From contig CAVUKB010000010.1 in the NCBI GenBank assembly GCA_963741955.1, forward strand, positions 288,001-352,000: a stretch of DNA of 64,000 nt, written 5' to 3'. The notes beneath the pieces are model-generated. The model was not told the DNA's origin and made no database searches. It saw only the letters and a program-made list of their open reading frames with translations. Positions 27,161 to 38,466 of this stretch are shown piece by piece (positions within the stretch are counted from its first letter, which is position 1; each line of letters begins with the position of its first letter). Both the position numbers and the translations under genes were made by a program. The stretch comes from an uncultured Acidobacteriota bacterium (GTDB lineage Bacteria; Acidobacteriota; Thermoanaerobaculia; Gp7-AA8).

Positions 27161-27325
27161 CGAGCGGGCGACGCATCGCATCCGGCGAGCTCGTCGCGCG
27201 GAATTCACGCCCATGAGCTCCGGCGCTCGACGGCGGAATGACTGCACTTCTGCCGAAGGTGTTCTGTACGAGATTCACGACGCCATGGTGGAAGCCGGCG
27301 CAACCCTCGGCAGTGATTCGCGTGT

Positions 27326-27349
27326 GGGGTGCGGATCCTCTGATCCGCC
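27326..27349 (+). repeat. Solo copy of the REP-like palindrome
   Basis: GGGGTGCGGATCCTCTGATCCGCC, the same family as the 13.5-14.8 kb array. Confidence 0.8.
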
Positions 27350-27655
27350 TCGACGATCGTGTTGGCGCGATGTTGACCGAGCCTGTGGCCGCGGGCGGAG
27401 CGTCTGCGGCTTTGCCCTCGATGCCTGAACGACGCCGCCGAAAGCGAGCCCGTACACGACCGAGTCGTCGCCGACTGAAGAGGTTCATTCCGACCGGCGG
27501 AGTGAGATAGCCGAGCTCGAGGTTCGCGAGAGAGATGATGCCGAGGTGGATCGGGTCGATCCCGAACGCGAGAGCGCGTTTTCGCGCTTGTCTTCCTCGC
27601 TGCCTGGCCGTAACTTGGAGTGAATCCCCGGGAACGAGACGATTGGAGGCGGCCG

Positions 27656-28957
27656 ATGCGACGTCTGGTGACGCTTATTGCTCTTTCTGTATTCCTGATC
27701 TCTGTACCGATTGCTACGGCTCGCGAGGGCTTCGGCTTCTCGAAGCGGGCCGTGAAGCTCGACCGGCGCGTTCCTCCCGAAGTGCTCCTGGTGGCGACGA
27801 AGGTGGATGTGCGGGTGAAGGATGACGGGGGATTCACCATTGCTTCGCGACAGCTGCGCGATCTCGTGGAGCAGAAGATGCTCTCGTACGATTCGCGGCT
27901 GATGAAAGAGACGGAGCGGCCGGAGGTGGTGATCGAATTGGATGTCCACGAAGCACGAGCGGACGAGACGTGGGAACAGAAGAGGGAGTACGAGACGCGC
28001 CAGACCGGGACGAAAACCGAGTACGACTCGAAAGGCAACAAGAAGACGAAGGCCGTCTACAGTTCCGTTCCGATCGACGTGAACTACAAGAAGATCTCCG
28101 GGACGGTCGAAGCGAAAGCCCGCGTCGTCGACGCCGCGTCGAAACGGGAGATCTGGAGCGGGGACGCCGTCGCGACGTTCAGGAACTCGTACAAGAAGGG
28201 CGACGGAGCGCCGACCGTGACCGATCTCGAAAAGACGCTGGTCGAGCAGAGTGCGTCGCAGATTGCGGCGAAACTCGTCGGCAGCATCGAAGAGGTCAGC
28301 GTGCTGGTTCCCCGCGGGAGCTTCGACGATCTGGTTCCGGTCGCCGAGCGGGGCGAGTGGGAGACGTATGCTCAGCGGGTCGAGGCGATGCCGCCGAAGA
28401 AGCGTTCCGATGACGAGGCGTTCCGGCAGTACGCGCTCGGCGTGGCCACCGAGGCGCTGGCGTACCGGACCGGGAAGGAAGAGGAGACCATCGAGCGGCT
28501 TCGCCATGCCGGGGAGTACTACCGGAAAGCCGTGGAACTGAACCCGCGGGAAGAGCTCTTCGCGAAGGCGTACGCGAACAACTGGAGTGGCGGAGAGGCG
28601 AGCTCTCCGATCGACCGCGTCGAGTCGGCACTCGCGAATTACGAAAAGTTGCGTCAGTTCCGGGAACGGATCGCCGCCGTCCCTGCCGCGAGTCCGTCCC
28701 CGTCATTGAAACCCGCACTGGTGAACACGGCTGCGTCCGGCGGGCGGGCGTCCGCAGCGACCAGGTCTGCGAAACGGATTCGTAATGACGACGTGATCGC
28801 GATGGCGAAGGCGGGACTCGGCGACGAGAACATCGTCCTCGCGATCGACGCCGCCGGTGCGAAGGAATTCGATCTCTCTCCCGACGGACTGATCGCTCTC
28901 TCCAAAGCGGGCGTGAGTCGTACTGTGATCGCCCACATGCAGAAGAGCCGCAAATAG
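27656..28957 (+). CDS. Secreted hypothetical protein with TPR-like segment and small C-terminal helical domain
   Basis: Signal peptide MRRLVTLIAL...ATA with GGAGG RBS. C-terminal NDDVIAMAKAGL...FDLSPDGLIALSKAGVS motif. Confidence 0.78.
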   Translation: MRRLVTLIALSVFLISVPIATAREGFGFSKRAVKLDRRVPPEVLLVATKVDVRVKDDGGFTIASRQLRDLVEQKMLSYDSRLMKETERPEVVIELDVHEARADETWEQKREYETRQTGTKTEYDSKGNKKTKAVYSSVPIDVNYKKISGTVEAKARVVDAASKREIWSGDAVATFRNSYKKGDGAPTVTDLEKTLVEQSASQIAAKLVGSIEEVSVLVPRGSFDDLVPVAERGEWETYAQRVEAMPPKKRSDDEAFRQYALGVATEALAYRTGKEEETIERLRHAGEYYRKAVELNPREELFAKAYANNWSGGEASSPIDRVESALANYEKLRQFRERIAAVPAASPSPSLKPALVNTAASGGRASAATRSAKRIRNDDVIAMAKAGLGDENIVLAIDAAGAKEFDLSPDGLIALSKAGVSRTVIAHMQKSRK

Positions 28958-29452
28958 AAGGAGTTCGTGTCCGGGATGGCTGACGACTCGAGTTGATGGC
29001 TGCCACTGGTGCGCACGCATTCCGCCGTGAGTGCAATCATCACGAACGGAGTACGGAACGAGGCGGGTGCTGCTGGCTCGGCGCCGGCTCAGTACGACGA
29101 GCGTCGCTTCGGCACCTTCGCGCGCTTCCGGTCGTCCTGAATTGCATCGCGAAGCACCTTCCCTGCATATGCAGCGACGAGAACGAGTCCAACAACGAGC
29201 CATGGAAACATGGTCTTATCTCCTGATCACGAAGACACGTCACCCGTGTGTCGGTGGGATGCTGCGTGATCCAGTCATGGACTGAGAGGGAAGGTTCCAG
29301 GCAGCACGACTCAGTTCGTGCGCTCTGATCCACCGTTGAAGATTCGCTGGTGTAAGAACATGATACCGCGTTTGCGCGTCTGGGGGTGTCAACTTGAAGT
29401 GAACTCCGGCGCCCGCGGCCGCCCCGCGTCCGGAATTCCGCCCTTCAGGCCG

Positions 29453-29461
29453 TGTTATAGT
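29453..29461 (+). promoter_or_regulatory. Extended -10 promoter TGtTATAGT for the RRM gene
   Basis: Matches TGnTATAAT with one mismatch. Implies a leader of about 175 nt. Confidence 0.45.
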
Positions 29462-29643
29462 GAATGAGCCGCGGAATCCTCCTCGGATGTCGGCCGATCG
29501 AGCTAAGTCGATTTCGGACCGGCCCTACCGTTTCTTAGCCTGACAAACGCCCGTTCCTCGCACAGGTTGCGCGCTGCACGCTTGCGTGAGGTGTTCTTCT
29601 GGCCAGGCCGGACGGGCTCGCAGGGCGAGCGAGAGGAGTTCTC

Positions 29644-29904
29644 TTGAAACTGCACATCGGCAATCTTCCCAAATCAACCACTGAATCCGAGCTCAAGGAG
29701 TTGATCGGAGCCTTCGGTCAGCCCGCTACCCTCGAGATCATCAAAGACTCCGACGGATCCTCGAAGGGCTTCGGCTTCGTCGAGTTCTCGGACAACGGAC
29801 AGGCCCAGGCGGCGATCGCAGGTCTCGACGGCAAAGATGTCGGAGGCCGGACTCTGCGGGTCAGTGAAGCACGTCCCCGCCGGACTGACGGTCCGCGACA
29901 CTGA
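29644..29904 (+). CDS. RRM (RNP-1) RNA-binding protein
   Basis: LHIGNL (RNP2) and KGFGFVEF (RNP1). TTG start with GAGGAG RBS. Confidence 0.92.
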   Translation: MKLHIGNLPKSTTESELKELIGAFGQPATLEIIKDSDGSSKGFGFVEFSDNGQAQAAIAGLDGKDVGGRTLRVSEARPRRTDGPRH

Positions 29905-29989
29905 ATCCGAACCCGTGTACCGGAGGGGAGCGGCTCGTCTGCTCCCCCGTCCGGATCAACACCGTCACGACCAGCTCCAAGGAGGAGAG

Positions 29990-30220
29990 ATGAAGAAAGC
30001 AGCCACCGCGGCGACACCGAAAGAGAAACGGGGAAAAATCCCGGTCTCTGAAACCAACATCAACAAGGCGGCTGCCCGCCTTCTCCATGCCAAGCTCGTC
30101 TCGACCGAGATCTTCTACGTCCAGCGCGAGCTCGGCTCCACGGCAACTCAGGCCGACGTCGACGCGAAGGTCGTCGAAGTGCGACGCCTCCCCTGGGAGA
30201 GCATCGCAATGCCCGACTGA
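29990..30220 (+). CDS. Small hypothetical protein (76 aa)
   Basis: AAGGAGGAG RBS before ATG 29990 and host-like codons. Confidence 0.7.
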   Translation: MKKAATAATPKEKRGKIPVSETNINKAAARLLHAKLVSTEIFYVQRELGSTATQADVDAKVVEVRRLPWESIAMPD

Positions 30221-30352
30221 GTTCGCCTGTCGCCCTCGTGCGAAGCCGTCCCCGGGAAGGAGACTGCGCGCGAGATCCGCCCGGTCGCGAGTGACTGTCG
30301 CGGGTTCCCACCGAAGTACTCGATGCGGAAGCCGGCGCTCCGGCGTCGCGAT

Positions 30353-30450
30353 CCCGATTTTTCACACGTCTCTGCTGTGGGTGCGGGGATAGCGGGGGGC
30401 GTCTGCTGCGTTGCGCCCGCTTCGCCCGATCGACGTGCCGCGCGGGTCCA
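30353..30450. mobile_element. Degenerate left part of a family A palindromic element
   Basis: CCCGATTTTTCACAC.TCTCTGCTG..GGATAGCGG..GTCTGCTGCGTTGCGCCCG resembles 12071-12135 and 7-38. Confidence 0.55.
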
Positions 30451-30576
30451 TCACGAAAGGTGCTGCAGGAGGCGCCGGATCCGCTCGTGTTTCGTGACCA
30501 ACGTCACGTTTTCATGTGATAAGGCCGCTCACGCCTCTCCATCGGCCGATGCTTCACTCTCCTGCAAGGATCTCGA

Positions 30577-33276
30577 GTGATGCTTTCGATTCTTCTGGTG
30601 GACTTCTTCTCGCGGGGAGCGACTCTTGCGGTCAGCCGCGAGATCACGATCGCCCCCTGGTGGATCGTCACCGCGGTGGCGGCCGTGATCTCGCTGTTGT
30701 TCTTCTTCCATGGATGGCGGGCGGCTGCTCGCAGCCTGGTCGAAGGGCGCGGCACGACCATGAAGTTGCTGCGTGTCCTCCTGATCGCGAGTGTGACGGT
30801 GCCGTTCGCCACAGACGAGTTCCTTCGCGCGCTCGGCAGCGGAGGGATCTTCGACTCCGCGACGATCGAATCGCTGGAGAAGATCGTCGTGGCGACTCTG
30901 CTGGGACTGATCATCCTGTACGCAGCGAAGTCGGTGCAGAGGAGTGAACGGCTCCGGCTGGCGGCGCTCGAGGAGTTGAGGACGAGCCGGGAACATCTTC
31001 AGCTGCAGATCGATTCGATGCCGTTCGCGTACATCACCTGTTCACCGGCGATGCTGATCACCCGATGGAACCCGGCGGCGGAGAAAATCTTCGGATGGAC
31101 CGCCGAGGAGATCGTCGGAAGAGGTGCAGACGTGCTGACTCCGGAGTACAGCGATCTGATGTCCGCCGGGTTCGAGGAAGAAACGGCTGGCGGTGGCGGG
31201 CGACAGAGCGTCACACCGAAGCGGTCGAAGAGCGGCCGGATCATCCTCTGCCGGTGGGAAGAAACGGCTCTGGTCGACGACCAGGGCAATCTCGTCGAGC
31301 TCATTGCCATGGCCAGTGACGTCACTGCCGAGCAACGGGCGCAGAGAGAGTTCCAGGATGCCGAGAGACGTCACCGGGAGCTTCTGGACACGCTTCCGCA
31401 CTGCATCTTCAGTGTGGATCTGCACGATCGGTACACCGCCGTGAATGCCGCGACCTGCGAATTCTTCGGGCTCCCCGAGGCTGAGATCATCGGACGCTCA
31501 CCGCTCGAGATCGGATTGCCGGCGGAGCTGAGCCGGGAATGGCTCGAACAAAAAGCGTCATGCCGCCAGGCGGGAAGGACGCTGGTTTTCGATCGACGGG
31601 TGACGGTTCGAGGCGAAGCTCGCATGCACGAGACGATTCTCTCTCCGATGCGAGCCGGTGACGGTTCGATCATCGGAGTCACGGGAATCTCGATCGACGT
31701 GACGGAACTTCGCGACGCCGAGGAGACCGCATCGGAGCTCCTGCGCGCGGTCGAGCAGCTCGACGAAGTGATCTTCATTACTGACCGTGAAGGGGCCATC
31801 ACGTATGTGAACCCCGCATTCGAGCGCGTCTACGGGTTTGAACAACACGAGGTGCTCGGTCAGACGCCGCGGCTGCTCAAGAGCGGCGAGCTCACCCCGG
31901 AAGCAGTACGGCATTTCTGGTCCGAGATCATCGCCGGACGGAACGTCCGCGCTGAATATCGCAATCGGCGGAAAGACGGAACGCTGGTGACCGTCATCGC
32001 GTCGGCGACGCCGCTCTTCGACGACCACGGAGAGATCCGTGGTTTCGTCGCCATCCAGCAGGATGTCACGGCGCAGAAGGAGGCGGAAGAAGAGCGGGCC
32101 CGTCTCGACGCCCGTCTGACTCAGTTCGCGAAAATGGAGGCCCTCGGCACCCTGGCAGGAGGCATCGCCCACGACTTCAACAATATCCTCGCGGTCATTC
32201 TCGCGCATGTCTCTCTGGTGGACCGGCTTTCGGGCGCGGAGCCCCGTACGGCTCGAGCAGTCGAAACGATCAGGCATGCAGTCCAGCGCGGTGCCTCGCT
32301 TTCCCGGCAGATTCTCACGTTCGCTCGTCGGACGGAGATGGAGCGCCAACGCACCGATCTCGCGAGCATCATTCTCGAGCTCGGGCAAATGGTCTCGGAA
32401 ACATTTCCACGCACGATCGAGCTGACGATCGATCTCGATCCTGACCTCCCCGCGGTCGACGGTGACGGGGGACAGATTCATCAGGCCCTGCTGAACCTCT
32501 GCGTCAATGCCCGGGATGCGATGCCGGACGGGGGAAGTCTCCACGTCACTGCCCATCCGCTTCATCCGGGTGGCGGGCCGGTGACCCTCGAGGGAGCGCC
32601 TCCCGGCGACTACGTCTGCGTCTCGGTCTCCGATACTGGATCGGGAATGGACGGAGAGACCCTTTCGCGGATCTTCGATCCGTTCTTCACCACCAAGGAA
32701 AAGGGGAAGGGAACCGGGCTCGGTCTCGCCCTCGTCTATGGCATCGTCAATGCGCATCGAGGAATCGTCACGGTCGACTCGGAAGTGGGAGGAGGGACGG
32801 TGTTTCGCCTCTACCTTCCGGCTGCCGCGGACCAAGTGGAGAGGGACGAAGAACCGACGCTCGCCGGACTCGAAGGGATGGGAGAGACACTACTGGTCGT
32901 CGAAGACGAAGCGCAGCTGCTCGAGGCGATCACTCTGCATCTGCGTACGCGCGATTATCGCGTGATCACGGCATCGAACGGGCCCGACGCCGTCCGCCTG
33001 CTGCAGTCCGCCAGCCCGCCACCCGATGCGGTGATCATCGATCTGGGAATGCCGAAAATGGGTGCCGCAGAGCTGATCGAAAATCTGCGGAAAGCATCTC
33101 CCGGAATCGCGATCCTGGCGATGACCGGCTACGTCGAACCGGAGATCCATGCGAACGTGCTACGGTCGGGCGTGGAGTGCATCATTCAGAAGCCGTTTCA
33201 GGTGGAGCATCTCATCGCGAAACTGCGGAACGTTCTCGATCGCCAGAATGAAGAGGAAGATCGCGAGGCGAGCTGA
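30577..33276 (+). CDS. Hybrid sensor kinase (TM, 3 PAS, HisKA, HATPase, receiver)
   Basis: [26 protein letters not shown] (PAS). [38 protein letters not shown]. Confidence 0.93.
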   Translation: MMLSILLVDFFSRGATLAVSREITIAPWWIVTAVAAVISLLFFFHGWRAAARSLVEGRGTTMKLLRVLLIASVTVPFATDEFLRALGSGGIFDSATIESLEKIVVATLLGLIILYAAKSVQRSERLRLAALEELRTSREHLQLQIDSMPFAYITCSPAMLITRWNPAAEKIFGWTAEEIVGRGADVLTPEYSDLMSAGFEEETAGGGGRQSVTPKRSKSGRIILCRWEETALVDDQGNLVELIAMASDVTAEQRAQREFQDAERRHRELLDTLPHCIFSVDLHDRYTAVNAATCEFFGLPEAEIIGRSPLEIGLPAELSREWLEQKASCRQAGRTLVFDRRVTVRGEARMHETILSPMRAGDGSIIGVTGISIDVTELRDAEETASELLRAVEQLDEVIFITDREGAITYVNPAFERVYGFEQHEVLGQTPRLLKSGELTPEAVRHFWSEIIAGRNVRAEYRNRRKDGTLVTVIASATPLFDDHGEIRGFVAIQQDVTAQKEAEEERARLDARLTQFAKMEALGTLAGGIAHDFNNILAVILAHVSLVDRLSGAEPRTARAVETIRHAVQRGASLSRQILTFARRTEMERQRTDLASIILELGQMVSETFPRTIELTIDLDPDLPAVDGDGGQIHQALLNLCVNARDAMPDGGSLHVTAHPLHPGGGPVTLEGAPPGDYVCVSVSDTGSGMDGETLSRIFDPFFTTKEKGKGTGLGLALVYGIVNAHRGIVTVDSEVGGGTVFRLYLPAAADQVERDEEPTLAGLEGMGETLLVVEDEAQLLEAITLHLRTRDYRVITASNGPDAVRLLQSASPPPDAVIIDLGMPKMGAAELIENLRKASPGIAILAMTGYVEPEIHANVLRSGVECIIQKPFQVEHLIAKLRNVLDRQNEEEDREAS

Positions 33277-33306
33277 CCTCGTTTCCCCCCCCGGATCTCT
33301 TCGATC

Positions 33307-34377
33307 TCAGACAGGCGGCGCGCAGGCGATGACCAGCATGGTCACGTCGTCGTCGTACGGCCGATTGCGGCCGAAACGCGCCAGGGTCTCGACGATCGAG
33401 GAGCAGATCTGCTCCGCCGAGCCGACCTCGCTCCGGCTCAGAAGCTCGCGAAGACGGCCTTCACCGAATTCATCACCCTCGCGGTTCTCGTACTCCGTCA
33501 CGCCGTCACTGTAGATCACCAGCCGGTCTCCGGGTGTGAGTTGGATGCGGACTGAGTGATATTCGGCGCCCGGAAGGATGCCTGTCACCGGTCCGGTCGG
33601 TTCGAGTCGCACCAGAGTGCCGTCGGCGCGGCGAAGGAGCGGCGGATTGTGTCCTCCGCTCGCGTAGAGCAGCTCACCGTTCTCCGTGTCGAGGAGTGCG
33701 TAGAAGATGGTGACGAAGGAACCGCGACGGAGGCGATGGCACTCGACCCGGTTCAGTGTGCCCAATACGTGTTCGGGCGCCAGCCGATCCGCCGTGAGCG
33801 CGTGAATGGTTGCCTGTACGTTCGACATGGTGAGCGCCGCGGCCATTCCTTTTCCCGAGACATCCGCCAGACAGATCGCGATCCGATGTGGTCCGGCCTC
33901 GATCACGTCGTAGTAGTCTCCGGCGACCGTCCACGCAGGGATCCACCGCGATGCGATGTCGACGTTCGGAAGAGACGGAACCGACGGGAGAAGATGACGC
34001 TGCACTTCCTGAATCAGATCTCGTTCGCGTTCGGTCTGCTTCCTCAGTGTGCTCACGACCACGTTCAGGAAGAGGAAGACCGCGAGCATCGAGATGTCGT
34101 TGAGGTAGGCGATCGGCGCCTTGGGTTCCGCCAGTGGACCGATCCGGTCGGCCACCGCCCAGGTGATCGCCGCGAGGAGCGCGAGAGCGTGCGCTCTCCG
34201 GGTACCCGCGATCCACGCGGTGGCGGTGACCGGAACGAGATAGAGCACGAGGAGCGAGACGATCGGTCCGGTGAAGTGATCGAAGAAACCGATCGCCACG
34301 ATCGCCAGGGCGGCTCCCGTCGTGAAGCGGTCCGGCGGGGTCGCTTCGACGCGACGCATCCAGGAGTTGAAGTTCAC
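33307..34377 (-). CDS. Membrane-bound PP2C/SpoIIE (RsbU-like) phosphatase
   Basis: N-terminal TM helices. AGDYYD, ADVSGKG, GGHNPP, YSDGVTE, DDVT. Confidence 0.92.
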   Translation of the reverse strand: MNFNSWMRRVEATPPDRFTTGAALAIVAIGFFDHFTGPIVSLLVLYLVPVTATAWIAGTRRAHALALLAAITWAVADRIGPLAEPKAPIAYLNDISMLAVFLFLNVVVSTLRKQTERERDLIQEVQRHLLPSVPSLPNVDIASRWIPAWTVAGDYYDVIEAGPHRIAICLADVSGKGMAAALTMSNVQATIHALTADRLAPEHVLGTLNRVECHRLRRGSFVTIFYALLDTENGELLYASGGHNPPLLRRADGTLVRLEPTGPVTGILPGAEYHSVRIQLTPGDRLVIYSDGVTEYENREGDEFGEGRLRELLSRSEVGSAEQICSSIVETLARFGRNRPYDDDVTMLVIACAPPV

Positions 34378-34389
34378 TCTTCTTCCCCG

Positions 34390-35226
34390 TCAGCGGGTTC
34401 CTTTCGCCCAGTGAACGAAGGATCCGTTCGAGTAGACCAGATCGTTGTCGTATCCGGCGACCTCTCCCGATTCATCGTTCAGATATTCGAGCAGCTGCTG
34501 GTGCTCGAAGGTACCGTCTTTCCCGGCGCTCGCAATGACGTAGCCGTCGCACACTCCATTCTCACAGACGGCCGCGTACCGGATCGGATTCCCCCACCCG
34601 TCGACTCGCGGAAGAGTCCGGACGTAGGTCGGTTCGAGAAGAGTCGCGAGCGCCGATTCCGATGCGACGTCGGGATACGCCCGCTTGTCGACGGCATACG
34701 CTTCGACCGCCGTCGCCACCGTCCTCATATCCGCGGCGGTGCGCTTCTGCTTCGAGCGCTGAATCGCGGTGAGAAAATTCGGAATCGCGATCGCGGCGAG
34801 GACTCCGGGTATGTAAAGGAGGATCATGATCAGCGCGGCGATCCCGGTGAACTTCCAGAACGACTTCTGCTGGCGGAGCGCATCTTCCACCGATGCCACA
34901 CGAGGTCCGGTGGTGATCGCACGTCCGATCGCGCTGGCATACCGCGAGAGATAAAGCGCGGGGAAGAAGTAGAGGAGCGCGAGAAGCGAGTAGAGCACGC
35001 CGAGGCCGGCGACGACGATGCCACCCCCTGCAGACTTCGTCGCCGAGCCTCCGATCAGGCCGAAGCCGACCATGAAGATGCCGATGATGAGAATGAGCCC
35101 CGCAGCGATGAAGCCGAGAACCGAAAGGAGACGAACCCACGGTTTCGTCCTGCGCAACGAGTCGAGCATCGGGCCGGTGAGGAGATCACGGGGTGGCGGA
35201 ACCGAGGCGGTGAAAGGAGCATCCAT
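34390..35226 (-). CDS. DUF5362-like membrane domain fused to GspG/pilin-like domain
   Basis: TKPWVRLLS...QKSFWKFTGI, then LAAIAIPNF...KRTAADMRTVATAVEAY..D..YP..DGWGNP. Confidence 0.75.
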   Translation of the reverse strand: MDAPFTASVPPPRDLLTGPMLDSLRRTKPWVRLLSVLGFIAAGLILIIGIFMVGFGLIGGSATKSAGGGIVVAGLGVLYSLLALLYFFPALYLSRYASAIGRAITTGPRVASVEDALRQQKSFWKFTGIAALIMILLYIPGVLAAIAIPNFLTAIQRSKQKRTAADMRTVATAVEAYAVDKRAYPDVASESALATLLEPTYVRTLPRVDGWGNPIRYAAVCENGVCDGYVIASAGKDGTFEHQQLLEYLNDESGEVAGYDNDLVYSNGSFVHWAKGTR

Positions 35227-35332
35227 CGGGTGGGCCTCCGAGTCTGGATTCTTGATGCCCCGGAATTATAGACCAGTCCGCACCGATGCCGATGCGACGC
35301 GCCCCCGCCGAAGCGCGCCGCATCTCTCCCCA

Positions 35333-36091
35333 TCAATCGTCTCGATCACGTCGATCACCGTCGTCCCGATCGTGGTCGCTCTGGCCGCCGCGGCCGTCGC
35401 GCCACCCATCGCCCGACCGTTGGAGCGAATCGGCGACGAAGTTACGACCGGAGTACCATCCGCTGAAGGCGGCGTAGCTTCCGCGATGGAGTCCGCGGGC
35501 CCACCGGTTTCCGTCGCTGCGGCCGAGCGCCCTGGTGTCGATGGTGATGTCGCCGACGCGGTCGCTGTGCAGCACCACGAGATCGCGGTTCCGCTGGATG
35601 GAGACGATCGTTCCTTCGACGTACGCCGTGACGCGGCTGCCGTGCTGGTCGTACCCGCGGCCATACGTGTCGTTAGGGCCGTACGGATCGTACTGGCCGT
35701 AGGCGCGATCGCGCACGCTCTCGAGAACGGTCACTGAGCGGGCGTGGAGTCGCGAGGAGCGGGACCCGGAGAGGTCGACGCCGACCCGGTCACCCCTCTC
35801 GAGGTCGCGGATCCGGTAACGGCGGCCGCGATACCACGCCACGATCCCTCCTTTGGCGTCGATCCGGAGAACGCCACGGTTCGTCCGAAGGGTGAATTCA
35901 TCTCCGTTCGGATTGACCCAGTCGACCACGCCTTCGACATCCCACCGGCTTTGCGTCGATGACCCTCCGCCGTCCCCCGGTCCGTTCGTCCTCCAGTCGA
36001 GACGCTGTTCCGCGAATACGGACAGTGCCGAGAGGGCGAAGACCGCGATGGCGATTGTCGTAACTCTTTGAATTCTTGTGCCTTGTACCAT
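35333..36091 (-). CDS. Secreted protein with two OB-fold/DUF5666-like repeats
   Basis: Signal peptide ending VFA. Two VEG.V/I...DLERGDRV-type repeats. ATG 36091 with GAGG RBS. Confidence 0.7.
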   Translation of the reverse strand: MVQGTRIQRVTTIAIAVFALSALSVFAEQRLDWRTNGPGDGGGSSTQSRWDVEGVVDWVNPNGDEFTLRTNRGVLRIDAKGGIVAWYRGRRYRIRDLERGDRVGVDLSGSRSSRLHARSVTVLESVRDRAYGQYDPYGPNDTYGRGYDQHGSRVTAYVEGTIVSIQRNRDLVVLHSDRVGDITIDTRALGRSDGNRWARGLHRGSYAAFSGWYSGRNFVADSLQRSGDGWRDGRGGQSDHDRDDGDRRDRDD

Positions 36092-36341
36092 CGGTTCCTC
36101 CCGTTCGATCGAGCTTCCGTCAACCGAAGTGCGCAATCGTCGCGCCATGCGGGCGCCGGGACGACCTGATTCGAGTTCCCCTTCAGGAGGGTCATGTCTT
36201 CGGTTCGCTCACGACCGAGAGGCTCCGCGATCCGCAGGCTCGGATTTCCAATTTCGAAGAGCGAAAGAGACGCAAGTGAATTCTCGTTCTGGTGTATGGT
36301 CCTCGGAGGGAGTTCCTCCTGTTTTGTCGCGGAGCTCGGGC

Positions 36342-37727
36342 ATGGCGAAAACCGATCAGAAAGCGATCACCTCCGGCGACACCGTCGGTGGAATTCCCAA
36401 CGCCCTGAGGTCTCAGGTGGCGGTCCTCGACGCGGACGGATGGATCGTCTGGACCAATGAGTCGTGGCGGCGTTTCGCGCAGGAAAACTCGACCACCGAC
36501 GGCGCCGCCTATCTCGGATGGAACTACCAGTCCGTCTGTGAGGCGGCTGCTCGATCCGGCGCGTCCCCCGCCGCGGCGGTCCTTCAGGGAATCATGTCCG
36601 TGCGTGCGGGAACGAGCGACGAGTTTTCGCTGGAATACGAATGCCACTCGCCGTCGGCGGAGCGCTGGTTTCTGCTTCGCGTGACGCGTCTCGCGGCCGA
36701 TTCCCCCGGGGCGCTGGTGGTCACGCACGACGACATTACCGAGCGGAGACGGGCGGAGCTCGAATTGAGGGAAGCCGAGCAGAGGCTCCGGAAAGTTCTC
36801 GAGACGCTCCCGGTCGGGGTCTGGATCATGAACCGTGAAGGGATGATCGTTCACGGCAATCCGGCGGGACAGAAGATCTGGGCGGGGGCCCGTTACGTCG
36901 GCCCGGGTGATTTCGGAGAATACAAAGGATGGTGGGTCAGCAGCGGGAAGCCGATCGCCGCGGACGAGTGGGCGGCGGCGCGCGCGATCCGGAACGGTGA
37001 GATCTCCATCGACGAGGAGGTCGAGATCGAGTGCTTCGACGGAAGCCGGAAGATCATTCTCAACTCCGCGATGCCGCTGCTCGACGCGAACGGAAGGACC
37101 TCCGGCGCGATCATCGTCAACCAGGACATCACCCAACGGAAACGTTACGAGAGCGCGCTGCAGCTGGCGAACGAGAAGTTCGAGAGGGCGAATCTCGAAC
37201 TGAAGGAAGCGCTCGCGCGCGAGCATACTCTCGCGGGCCTCGACAGCCTCACCGAAGTGCACAACCGGCGTTACTTCTTCGAGCTCGCCGAGCACGAGCT
37301 CAACGTCGCCACGCGCTACGGTCACGCGATCTCGATCGTTCTGTTCGATATCGATCACTTCAAGGCGGTCAACGATCAATTGGGACACGAGGCGGGAGAC
37401 TACGTGCTGAAAGAGGTCGCCGGGATCATGAAGACGCAGCTTCGCGAGTCGGACGTCCTCGCGCGGTACGGGGGGGAAGAGTTCATCCTCCTGATGCCGA
37501 ACACCCGCGCTGTCGACGCGATGGTGGTCGCGGACCGGATCCGCGAGCGGATCGCTTCCGTGACCATGTTCCTGCGCACCGGAGTCAGCGTGGTGACCGT
37601 CAGTGGAGGCGTGGCCGATACCGAATCGGCGACCGGAGGGCTCGACGCCATCGTACGGGAAGCCGACCGCGCGCTCTATCGCGCGAAGGCAGCGGGGCGT
37701 AACCGCGTGATGATGAACCGGCGTTGA
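36342..37727 (+). CDS. PAS-PAS-GGDEF diguanylate cyclase
   Basis: DSLTEVHNRR, DIDHFKAVND, RESD I-site, YGGEEF, ADRALYRAK. Start taken at ATG 36342. Confidence 0.92.
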   Translation: MAKTDQKAITSGDTVGGIPNALRSQVAVLDADGWIVWTNESWRRFAQENSTTDGAAYLGWNYQSVCEAAARSGASPAAAVLQGIMSVRAGTSDEFSLEYECHSPSAERWFLLRVTRLAADSPGALVVTHDDITERRRAELELREAEQRLRKVLETLPVGVWIMNREGMIVHGNPAGQKIWAGARYVGPGDFGEYKGWWVSSGKPIAADEWAAARAIRNGEISIDEEVEIECFDGSRKIILNSAMPLLDANGRTSGAIIVNQDITQRKRYESALQLANEKFERANLELKEALAREHTLAGLDSLTEVHNRRYFFELAEHELNVATRYGHAISIVLFDIDHFKAVNDQLGHEAGDYVLKEVAGIMKTQLRESDVLARYGGEEFILLMPNTRAVDAMVVADRIRERIASVTMFLRTGVSVVTVSGGVADTESATGGLDAIVREADRALYRAKAAGRNRVMMNRR

Positions 37728-37730
37728 AGT

Positions 37731-38426
37731 TCATCCGGACTCCTCCACCCTTCGACCCAGCTCCTCGAGCTTCGCGTGGTCCTTCACGATCACTTTTTCC
37801 CGTCCCGATTTCACGATCCCCTCGGCATCCCACGACTTGAGAAGCCGGCTCACCGTGAAGAGGGTCGTGCCGATCATCTCCGCCAGATCCTGGCGCGAGA
37901 GAGTCAGCGCCGGCGAGGCCGATTCGATCCGCTGTTCTTCCAGTTTCACCAGGACCCGCGCCAGCCGCTGCGGCACGGGGATCGTCGCCAGCTCGTGAAA
38001 GCGCTCCTGCAACTCCTGCATCCGCTCGGAGACGATCTTCATCGCATCGACCGCGATCTGCGGATGACGCTCGAGGTAGGGCTGGAGGACCTCTCGCGAC
38101 CAGCCGATGAGCACTGCACCGGTCGTCGCAACCGCGCTGACTGGATAACGGAAGCTGCGCAGCGCAGCGACCACTCCGAACAGCAGACCCGGAGTCATGA
38201 ACGCGACGATCATCTGCTCTCCATCGCGGGTGAGCTTCGAGAGTCGGATCTGTCCTTCCGCGACGATCCACGCCCAGTGGCCTTCATCGCCCTGGTGGAA
38301 AAGGATCTCCCCCGGAACGAGCGTGCGGAGGGTGGTCTGCCGGACGAGCTCGTCGATCTCGCCGGGAGCAAGATGCTCGAAAACAGGGCAGGCTTCCACG
38401 TGTCCTCTGATCGTCGCCGGATCCAC
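37731..38426 (-). CDS. Crp/Fnr family regulator, NnrR/Dnr-like
   Basis: LFHQGD, LSRQDLAEMIGTTLFTVSRLLKSW helix-turn-helix, no FNR Cys cluster. GTG 38426 with GGGAGA RBS. Confidence 0.9.
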   Translation of the reverse strand: MDPATIRGHVEACPVFEHLAPGEIDELVRQTTLRTLVPGEILFHQGDEGHWAWIVAEGQIRLSKLTRDGEQMIVAFMTPGLLFGVVAALRSFRYPVSAVATTGAVLIGWSREVLQPYLERHPQIAVDAMKIVSERMQELQERFHELATIPVPQRLARVLVKLEEQRIESASPALTLSRQDLAEMIGTTLFTVSRLLKSWDAEGIVKSGREKVIVKDHAKLEELGRRVEESG

Positions 38427-38466
38427 ATGGACATTCTCCCGTCTCCGCGGTCGCGGAACAACCGTT

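Noticed and set aside
28960-29440. Short ORFs or an IS end in the intergenic patch before the RRM gene
   Set aside because: No convincing RBS, domain or paired terminal repeat. Left unannotated.
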